From IMG/VR virus record IMGVR_UViG_3300017777_002509, positions 1 through 28,383 of that record: a stretch of DNA of 28,383 nucleotides, one strand, 5' to 3'. Under the pieces are notes generated by a model. That model did not search any database, was not told the DNA's origin, and saw only the letters and a list, made by a program, of their open reading frames with translations. Below are positions 10,430-22,400 of the stretch, in pieces; the stretch's first letter is position 1, and each line of letters opens with the position of its first letter. A program made the position numbers and the translations under genes. This DNA comes from a virus. Lineage: Duplodnaviria; Caudoviricetes.

Positions 10430-13400
10430 TTACTTTTAAACAAACCTCTTGTTCTTGTAACTTCCGGAGCAGTCGAAAGTCCAATTAAACCATTATTAGT
10501 GTTTAATGTAAATTCTTTTGGAGAACCAAGTGATCTATTTTGATAATCATATATCTTACCCCAACTATAATTTCCATAATAACCATTTGTTGTTATTCCA
10601 GGATTTATCGTAAAATTAATTCCGGACCCTGTTGATGGATTGGGAAGAAATGTACAAGTAACAGTCACTATTCCTACTACAGACGAATTGATTGGTTTTT
10701 CTACTATATCGGCACGATATAATCCATCAATAAATGAAGTTGCAGTACCAACAACTTCCCAAGAAGTAGAATTCGTAGTTATTCCGGTTAAGGAATGTCC
10801 ACACTGAACATTACTATTATATATTATGAAATAATCTCCTGCCGAAATTCCACTTGAATTTATATTATAACTATTAAGAGCAGAATACCCTATTCCTAAT
10901 TGAGTATTATCATAAGATTCGGTTTTTAATTTAATTTTTATTTTTGGTATAGTTGAACCGATACTAATGCTGGTATCGATACCCACTATAATACCAAAAT
11001 CACCCTTTGCCTTGATTGATTCGATTTCTTCTATTTTTGTTTTTTCTGATTCAATTAATACTTTTGGTGGATTTGCTTGATTATATCCAAAACCGGGATT
11101 TGTAATTATGATAGAAGTTACAATTCCAGATGTTGCATCTGAAATTGCTGATGCAAAATTATAAACAGGAACAGAATAAATTGAAGTGGCCCCAGATCCA
11201 ACAGAAATATATCTATCTTCAACAATTGAATAATTAATATCTTTTAATACATTTGATTGATTTGTGGATCTCTGAGTCCAATTTTGAAGATTAAATGAAT
11301 AATATAATATTCCATTTGAATCTAATAATGTATATAAGTCGTAATATGAATTGTAATGTATATTTGTAAAATTACCAGAAATATTGGGAGTAATCTGCAC
11401 CCAACTAGTTCCATTGGTAGAAGTTCTAATTTCGGAATTGTTACCAACAGTTATAAATTGAGATCCAGTCCAAATAACTTTATTTAAATTTTCTCCTGTA
11501 ATATTATTAGAACTCCAAAATGTTCCTACATCACTTGTAATAACTGTTCCATTATTTCCAACTGCAACAATAATATTTCCTATAGAAATTGATTTTAAAT
11601 CATCAATTGTATTTGATGGTTTTTTGACAAATTCTGTACTACCAAATCCAACTGCAGAAAAAATTGCACCACCACAACCAACAGAAATCCATTTATCTGT
11701 AGATGATGAATATTTAATGTCGGTCAATGATGAAATATAATTACTTAATGATCTAGTTACAATACCAAATTGAGAAGTTTCTTCGTATTTATTGTATTCG
11801 GTCCAAGAAGATATCGTTACACCAAATCCAATAGATCTTACAATCTTACCTTTTTCTCCAACAGCAATATAATAATTTGTAGAACCCAATCCAACAGAAT
11901 TGAAGGAAATCGTTTTACCATACCCAATATTTGTTATTGTATTAAATGATATTCCATTTGTTGTAATTGCTACTATTCCACTTTGTCCAACAGACACTAT
12001 AGGATTTCCAATAGTAAATGATAATAATGAGGTATTTGTCGATAATCCACTCGTAGGCAACCAATTTAATATTGGATCTTTACTTTCGACTGATATTGTT
12101 GATATTAAAACTTTTGGAGAAATTGTCGATGCATATCCAATACCTCCAGTAGAAATTGCAATAGAAGATATTGTATTTGCAATTGATACAACTGCTGTTG
12201 CAATTCCTGCTTCTGTGTCTTTATTTTCAATTATTAATACATTTCTGTCTGCTTCTTCTATTAAATCAATATCAGTAAATAAAGGATATGCATTATTTAC
12301 ATATATTGACGTATCTGTAGCACTTAAGTTTTTAATAATTCTAGTTGTGGGTCTAATCGTTGATATTAAACTTGGTCTTGCTTTAGAAACTAAAGAACCA
12401 AGAATAACTCTATCTTCTGTTTGTTTTGTCCATTTTAATGGTCTAAATTTATCCGGATTTGTATTGATTCCAATACTATCATAATTATAAGTATCAAGTT
12501 GATCTGATGCAACAATTTTTTTAACTACTCTTTCAAACTGTTCTCTATCTAAATTATCGTAAATATTTTCTCCAATTTGAACAATATCCCCCTCTTTAAT
12601 TGTTTTTGGCGGAATAATTGTTTCAACATCTAAAGAAGAACCTCTGTAAAATATAACAGAACATTTTGAGTTTATTTTTGGTGGTTCATTAAAAAATATT
12701 CTAGAACCAGAAAATGTGTAAGATTCTCCTGGTACTTGAAGTACATCATTCAAGAATATAAAAATATTATTTTGTAATATAATATCAGACCCAAAATTCT
12801 TTTTTAAATCAACTATTTCAGTATTTCCACTACTAGTTTGTGTTAATGTAAATTTTTTGCGAGATCCATTAAAATATTGAGAAAAATCATCAAAATAAAT
12901 AAATTGTCCAGGATAAAAACCACTAAATTTATCTGTTAGAGTTTCTGTCACTGTAAGTTTAAACTCTTGAAATCCTGCACCAATCGTTGGATTTGTAGTT
13001 AATCCAACTACTTTAAGAATATCTCCAACTTTATACCCAACACCAGGATTGTCCAAATTAAAACCAATAACACTTGAACCAGATCCAACTTGAATTGATA
13101 CTTTTGCATCAGTTCCAACTCCAGATGAACCACTAGTATACGCAACACCAAGATTGCTGTATGCAAGAGGTAAGTCGATATTTACATATACTGGTGAAGA
13201 TGAGGTATATCCAATTCCGCCATTAATGATTGAAAGTGACGACAATGTACCACCAACACCAACATTAGCCGTTATAGACGCACCAGAACCAACATTAGAC
13301 GTAATACTGATGCTTGGAGGTGTTCTATAACCACTACCACCACCTTTTATGGTAATTGAGGTAATTGTCCCTGCAGATGAAACTGATGCTGTTGCTGCTG

Positions 13401-16400
13401 CTCCAATTAATGGTTGATATCCAAATCCAGTTGTAATTGCAACATTTACAATTTTTCCAGCATTTGGGATACCAGTTAAAAATTTAATAGTATTATTTCC
13501 GGGTGTATCAATTGAATAATCTACTTCTGGACCTTGGAAAATATTGTTTATAAGTATAATCGGATTATTGTTAATGTCTGTAGAACTATTTGTGTCTGTA
13601 TACAATCCAACAACACTATTTCCATTTGATTTTAAATTAAATTGTGTTGCTGCAATTCCAGTAAAATTAGTAGAAATATCATCTAAAATTAAATTTTTAT
13701 CATTTGGACTTGAAGAATCAAATGCCCTAGAGAATGCTCTACCAGAGAAGAAAGATGATACTTTAAATTGAGGGTCCGTTGATGCTATTGCTGGTCCATA
13801 TGGTGGAGTAGAAAAATATATTACATCATCTATGATATTAAAATCACCAGTATGAACAGTAACCGCAGAACCTATTGTGTGCCCAGCAGCAACTGTTCCC
13901 ATAAATGAACGAGTAACATCTATTTTATTTGTAGATCCAATACCAACAGAAATGATTTTTAAAAATTCATTATTAATTTTTAAAATGTCTGATCCTGATA
14001 CGGAATTAATACCAGAAGAAATGTATATTGCGGTTGACCCAATACCGATTGATGTAGAAAGACCTATTGTAATATTTTTTCGATGAACTGCACTTTGAAT
14101 TATATTATCTATAGAAATAATTACATTTTCATTTGGATTTTTAAAACTAAATGATTGAGTTCCAGAACCATATGAAACTAAATTAAAAGGAGTCGAAATT
14201 GTTGTAGATAATCCACAAAGTTGAAAATTATTTACGTCAATTTTACGAACAAAAACATTTGATGGTAGTTTTTTAGTTCCCAGTAATGTCGGAGAAAGGT
14301 AAACATTATCTGCAGGTGTAGATCCACCAATATAAGTTCCAGCAATTGATATCTGGTCAGTTGATGCATAACCAGAACCACCATTCACTACAGACACTAA
14401 ACTAATATCTAGATTTGCATTTCTGAATACATTAAAAATCGCACCTGTACCTATTCCACTAGAAGAAGAAGGCACATTATTGTAAGTCGCATTTGCAGAT
14501 CCGGATCTGGTAGATGATAGTTTAGATATTGTAAAATACAGATTATTGGTGGGTGTTGCCCCACCCATATATGTTCCAGCAATTGAAATTTGTTGCCCTA
14601 CAGAATATACACTTCCACCATCAATTAACTGTATTGATGTACTTAATGGTATTCCAGTACCACCACTATAAGTGATAAGAACTTGAAATAGTGCTCCTGT
14701 ACCAATTCCAGTATTTACTTGTCCGGGAATAGGATTACCAAATCCAAAATATTGAATAACAGGACCAGGGGGAGATATAGTAGTGCTAATTCCAGTAACA
14801 ATTCCAGTATATGGGACATAATTATTATATCCATTTTCATATATTGCACTTCCTATTCCTGCTCCCACATTTATTAGTATATCAAGAGTTCCCGTTGCAT
14901 ATGATGTGGTAGCAATGCCTATAGTTGTCCCAACTCCAGAATTGTAAATTATTTCTTGCCCAGATTGAAATCCATGATTTGGGATAATAAATTTATCATT
15001 TGATAAATCGACAATTGTACTAGCAGATCCAACAAATTCTCTATAAAATAATGAATTTTCCGAACTTTTAAGTTTAAATGAAGACAAACCAACGATTGTT
15101 CCTCCAATTGTGCTAGTAATTCCTGTAAATTGTGAACTAATATCATCAATTGATGAAACTTTATTGGTCTTATTTAATATAAAAGTCCTCAAAGCAGTTC
15201 CTTCTGGGAAATAAATCCTTTCTACGGATTCGTCATCTAACACATCTTCTTCATATACCATCGAAAAATTATGTTTTGTATATAAAGAATCAAAGCTATC
15301 CATATTTACAAGTAATGTTGTTTCCGATGATGCAACAGAAACTTTCATATTTGTAGATTTAGCAATTCCAAGATTAACTGGGCCACTGGTGGGTATTCCA
15401 ATTATATTTAAATCTGAAAATTCTTTAAATCCAGATGGGTGTATAATTGATTTTACAGATTCTTTCCAAGTTGAGTATGGTATTTCGCTTTTAATTGAAT
15501 ATGAGAATTTTTGATAATAATTATTATCTGATATTCTTTGCTGATAATCGTTCAAAAAACCAACTTTGTCTCCAAAATTATTAATTTTGTCTCTAGAAAC
15601 TCCTAAAGATGCAGAAAGATTAAATATAGATACAAATTTTACTACTCCATTTAATTTTGAATTTTCCCCATAAAGTTTATCACCAACATTTAACACTCCT
15701 TTAGCGTTTATTAATCTTAATTGATTTATGTCATTATCCCAACCATCTTCCATTACTTGTGCTGAAAAATTAGTAGATGATACTTTTTCTCCAGAAAAAT
15801 ATTGGGCATCATCAATTATATTCATTTTAAATTCAGCCATATCTTTTTTATTGACAACATAACCAAGAGTAAAATCTGAATTATATTCACCAAATGAATT
15901 TGTTTGCAAACCATTCATATTATAGTTTATAGTTCTATTTGTTGTGTTTATTCCTGTTACTGTAAAAAAGTTATACCCATAATCTTTTGAATTAAAATTA
16001 GCAGAAGATGCAGATCCTACAGTCAATCTACATTTTTCAATAAAAATATTATCACCTACTACAAATGGAAATTCTGTTATTGTTGACCCATATCCAATTG
16101 CGATTGGTTCAAATAAAATAGGATCATTTACTAATTCTATTGTTCCATTTCCTGTGATATGATTTGCATATATTTGATCAATTTCATATCCATTTGAATT
16201 ATTGTATGGAACAATTCTGAGCGGATCTTTCAAATTAAAAACATTTTTTACTATTTTTACATCAATTACAGACCCACCTTGAATTTTAGATGTCAATTCT
16301 AATTGATCATTTCCAATAACTTTTAATCTTGGTGATGTATTATAATTTTTTCCTCCTGTCAAAATACCAATAGATTCTACTCTAGATATTTCTTTAATAA

Positions 16401-19400
16401 TGCAAATAGCAGGAACACTCAATTGTGGCAGTATAGTAGGATCTGTTGGATAATCAAATCCATCTTTAATTCTATCAAATGATAATATTTTACCAATTTC
16501 GGATGAAACTGGATACAATATTGCATTTTTTCCAGAAGAAGATTTGATATAATCTACAGATGGAAGAATCGAATACGATTTTCCTTTTGAATTAATTCTA
16601 ATTTGTGATATTTGTCCAGTTGTGTTTTTTGAATTTGTATCATAAAAAACTGAAGAAATTCCTGATACCTGAGTGTATTCTGTATATTCTGGTTTTTTAT
16701 TTAAATTAAATTTAAAAGAATTGGTTCCAATACCAATAATAGATTGTTCATTTGATAAATTGCTTGGCAGAATGTCAATTCGATTAAAACCAAAAACTTC
16801 TTTATCCGTAGATAATTGATTTTTTTCTACATCATTGGATGACGTAATAAAATTATAGTAAAGATTTGCAGGAATTGATCTATCATTAGTTTGTAGTGTT
16901 ATATTTGTAGATGTTCTTTGAATTGCAAATTGATTTGTTTCTTTTTTATCAATTTCAAACTGTTTTTTGAAATCTTGATCTATATAAAATCTTAAATCAA
17001 TATCCAATAATGTTGGATCGGATATATCAAATACTATTATATTTCCTTTTGAAAATGATAGTGGTGGATTTATAAGAGCAATATTTTGAGTACCAATTCC
17101 AGCATTAGAAAATGATATCCCCAATCCAATAGTCACGTCATAAGAATATTTACAAAGTTGTATTTTATCTGGGTGTTCTTTTAACACATAATAAACTGAT
17201 TCATTTTCTAAACCACCAATAGCAGTAGTTCCAGAATAATAAACAATTTTATCTCCATTTTTTAATATATTAGAACCAATATCAATTGTTGATGTAGAAC
17301 CAATAGAAACTTTTGATGTAGAAAAACCTATAAGATCGGTTGTAATTTTTCTATTTTTTTCATCAAATCTAAAAGATACATTTTCTGTTCTTGATGGTAT
17401 AATTGTAAATTTAATTTTATCTCCATCAATTAAATTGTGAGGTTCTGAAGTAGTCACAATTCCAGAATAATTTTCAACTCTTGCAGTTACTGTTTGATAT
17501 GTAGTTCGAATTGAATGAGAATAACCAACATTTGAATTGTAAGTAAAATATAAAGAATTTAAAGTACTCCCAATTCCAACTGAGGTAGTAAAACCTAATG
17601 TAGATATTCCCAGATAATTATTTCCAAAATTTACAGCATATATTGTTTGATTCTGCGTTAAACTAAATGCAGAAGAAGGATTGTTGTCATACACACTCAA
17701 TCCTATACCAGCAGAATAATTATAAATCAATTGTTGTCCAGTATAAAATTTATGATTTGGAATATAAATCGATTTTGATGGAACAAATTTATTTACGGTA
17801 GTGCTTGTTCCAATACCAACAACCGAATAATTAGTTCCAGTAATTCCAAATCCAACACTATTTGTTGGATCAAAATATATCATTTCATTTTCTGGCAAAA
17901 ATGATGAAATTGGATTAATTTCAGTAAATTGAAACTTTTTGGGAAGTAATCTTACACTTTCAATTCCTGCAGTATGAATTCCACCAGAAGAAGATCTATT
18001 GACCAATAACTGTGATGTTTCTGGTATGATATTTGTAATGGTTAATATTTCTGTTCCAATTTGAATTGAATCGTTAACTTCAAAACCAAAAATATCTGTG
18101 ACATTTATATTTGTAGAAATTCCAGTAACACCAACGTTTTGTAAACTAGTCGTCAATCCAGTTACTTTTTGATTTACAATTATAGTTTTTGTGCCTTCAA
18201 GTTGATACAGGGATATTGTTGATATTCCTGAAATAATTATTTTATCATTAGATATCAAATTATGTACTGATGAAGTAATTCCTATAATATTATTACCTTT
18301 AGTCGTAAATATAACGTCATTGAAAGTAGATACCCCAACAATCATATTTGATATTGTTTTACCATTTACTCTACCAATTTCTGCACTTATTCCTGTTCCT
18401 TCTTTTGCTTTTTTAAAATTTATAATATCATTTACACGATAGTCTTCACCCAAAGAATCAATTACAATAGATGTAATTCCGGATTTTTTAATTTGCTTTA
18501 CTATAAAATCTTGTTTTAAATTTGAAATATTTTTATTTAAAGCATCATATCCAGAATTTTCAGAATCTAAAAAATAATTTCCGAAATTTCTTATTAAATT
18601 AAGATTTTTAAAATCTAATTTTTGAGAAAAATTTGGATTAAAATTTTCAATAACTGGCGTATCTTTAAAATATTTTCCAATTACATATGGATATTTTGGA
18701 ATTAGATTTCCTGTAACTAAATCATGAGTTGCAAAGTAAGCATATGTTCCATATGGATACTCCGGAGTTATACAAAATCTTCCATTATATTGATCCAAAT
18801 CTCCAGAATTATTAAACTTATAATCGTTTACAAAAAAACCAATCTCAAAAGAATTTGGTCTTAACGAAGAAGAAATAATTGGATCTTCTATATAACTAGA
18901 ATTAATTAATTTAATACTAGTATCAGTTAAACTTGCATATCCATATGGTCCATAAATCGGATTTCCATCATAAGACCATCCAATAATTGGGCTATGCGAA
19001 GTGTCAATTCCAACTTCAGTATTATTATCGTTAATATTATCACCGATATTTTTTCTTAATTTTTTTGGTAGATAAAAATTAATTACTTTCAACTGAAGAG
19101 ATTGATCAATGCTTGGATATGTTATTGTTTCATCATCCCCACCATAAGATGATATTATATCTTTATTTCTTTTAATTTGATTAATGTTCCACTCAAATAC
19201 ATTTGCAATAAATTGCAAATCTTTTCCTCTTCTAATTGCCTCTATTGTGGTATTTGATTTTTTATATCCAACTCCACCATCAATTATTACAAATGATGTA
19301 ATTTTTCCATTTGCAATAATAGGTTGGATATTGGCATATTTTCCATCTCCAGAAATTATTATTTCAGTTCCATCATCATATCCCTTTCCAGAAAAAATAA

Positions 19401-22400
19401 TTTGAATGTCAGTAATTGAACCATTTATAATAACAGGTTTCAATAAAGCAGAAGTGATCGGTATTAAATCCACATTGGGTCTTCTGTGGAAATTAATAAT
19501 ATCAGAAGAACCATAAGAACTACCACCATCTTCAATATAAACACTTTCGGCACTTCCAAGTACTATTGGAGTCAATACTGGCGATACAATTGATGTTGAA
19601 CCTATTCCAGGTATAGATTCAACTTGAATATTAATCGGAGGATATGCAAACGTATGTGTACCAACTCCTAAAGAATTAAATTTAATATATTTTTTATTAA
19701 TATAATTTAAATTGGTTGATGTAGTTCCAATACCTGCATCAGATAATTTAAATTTATCTTGATCGATAACTGTAATATAGTATTCAATATTGGTAGATAA
19801 TCCAGATATTGAAGTACCGGTGTTGGAATATTTAATAAAATCTCCATTTCTAAATCCATGATTTTTGGCAAAAATATAATCATCAAATGTGCTAATTCCA
19901 GAAATTTGATAATCTAAAGATGGGTATGAAATAGAAGATACTTTAACTAATCTATTTGAATATCCGGAACCTGAATTTTTGACATAAATTTTATTAATAG
20001 TTTTTTTACTGTTAAGAGTTCTAAATTCATGAAATCCGGAACTTATTCCGGTAATATTAATAGTATTAATTCCTGATAAAACATCTGATCTATTTTTGTG
20101 TAATTTAATTTGTTTTGAATTTATAATATTTACAAAATAATTTGATTTATCATTTAATCCAGGGAGAACCGAATTTCCATTTGAATAATATGTGACTTCT
20201 TCATAATTATCAAAATTATGATTATCTATAAATGATATGGTTTCTGTAGATGTATTAATTGCTGTTAAATCTGCTTTAAATTTTGCAATAATTCTTGTTT
20301 TTACTAAATTGGATTCTAATACTGCACCAGAACCATTTCCACCAATTAAAGTTATTTTTGGTTTTCTATCATAACCAATTCCTGGGGAATTTATTTTTAC
20401 TTCTTTTAATGATCCAGAAAGAATTAAATTTGCTTTACATCCAGATCCAATAGAATCACTAATAATTAAATCTGAAGAATTTATCACATCATAATCTTTT
20501 CCTGGATTTGTTATTTGAATTGAATCTATTTTTCCGTAATAAATATTTTCATCAAATAAAGTTGGTGAAAATAATTCCACACCATTAACTAACAATCCAA
20601 TATTTCTATTAAATGTAGTTCGATCATTTTCGTTATCAAAATAATTAATATTTTCAGTTAAATTGAATTTTCTTAATATTTTTTGATCTTTAATTGTTTT
20701 ATTTTCATAACCAAGTTTGAAAATAAAATCATTAGAAACTCCAGAATATAAATTAATATATTCTTCGGCAAATAAATTAGTATTACTATATGCCAGTGAT
20801 ATGGAATTATTATTAATTTTTTTTACAAAATAAATTCCAGTTTCAATTCCGGCAGAAGTTTTTGAATCATAATAAATTTTATCTCCAGATAATAAATTAT
20901 GATTAGATATTTCCAAAATTGTAGTTGATCCTGTTCCTGTAGTGATAACATTTCTTTTTGTATTTTTAGACGTAATTGTATAATTCGGAAAACCAGAAGT
21001 AGTCACGTATAAATATTTTCCCTCATTATCAATATAAGTATTTTGGACTCCTCCATTTATATTTGATATATCAGTAAAATTTGGAGAATTGGCTTTAGTA
21101 ATTTTTTTCTTAATTTTTATTATATTGTCTATATTTGGTAATGATTCTATAATAATCGTGGTTGATGATTCGATAGTTTTAACTATAGCATCAATATCTA
21201 CATTTAATACATCAGAAATATAAATTTGATCATTTTTATAAAGTTTAACGTTGTCTTTTAATATTATTCTATAATTGTTATTGCCAATTGATGTTATTCC
21301 ACTTATATTATGATATGTTGGTATATTATAAATCCAACTATCAAATTTTATATTTCCTGATAAGTTTTTTCCAAAAGAACTGAGTGATATTTTATCTCCA
21401 ATTTTTAATCCAGAAGAAGTTTTAGTATCAATTTTATCAATTACACTAATAACTCTAAATTCGTTTAATGATGTATCTGATTGATCATATGCATATGCTA
21501 ATTTTTTTTCATAAATAAAATCTCCAAAATTTAAATTTTGACTAATGCCAGAAACATTTAAAAATTGAGTGCTTGTTTTGTCTGTATAATTTAAAGTTAA
21601 TTCGGTTAAATTTGATTTTTGGGCAATAATTGTTCCTGATTGTGCAAATCCAACTGTAGAATCAACAGTAATTGTATTATTTGATGCAGGAACAGTTTCA
21701 ATTACTTTAGTAGATCCTGTAATTTCAAAATCACCAGTAAAAGAGGTAGAATCTAAAGATATTTCATAAAAATCTTTACCTTGTATTGGTCTATATTCAA
21801 TATTATAGATAGAGGCAGAAACTGTACCAATTCCACTTATAAATTGATTTAATGTTGTTCCTTTTAATGAAGTGATATTTTTTCCAGAAATTTTTTCAAC
21901 TAAAATGTTTTTTGTTACAAAATAATTATTATCAGATGGCCTCAACATATATTCTTGAGGATTTATTGTTTCTATTTCTGTTCCATATAAAATTGAAAAA
22001 AGAATTTTAAAAGACTGTGCTGTTCCTTTTGAAGAATAAAAATCTTTTGCTCTTGATAAAATATTTTGTAAAGAAATTTCTGGAGTAAATTTTCTTTCCT
22101 CAAAACCAGGCAAAAACTGATATTTAAATTTTTTAAATATTTCAAAAAAGAATATAAAATTTAAATTTTGCAAAGAACTTCCAGATGTATGCTCTGATGC
22201 TTCAGTAATTGAAAAATTTAAAAATTCTGGATTATTGTTTCTTTGTAAACTATCAATTCCACTAAATCCACGAATACAACCCAAAAATGAATTTGAAGTT
22301 TTTGAGGTATAAGTAATAATTTCATCATTAATTTTAATTAATCCATATTTACTTGGATATCCAATTGTATGTGATACTAAAATAGTATCATCAAAGGATA

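Noticed and set aside
4607-15149. Nested minus-strand alternative-frame ORFs 4607..4930 and 14949..15149
   Set aside because: Lie inside uninterrupted large CDSs; no evidence for a frameshift or independent translation signals
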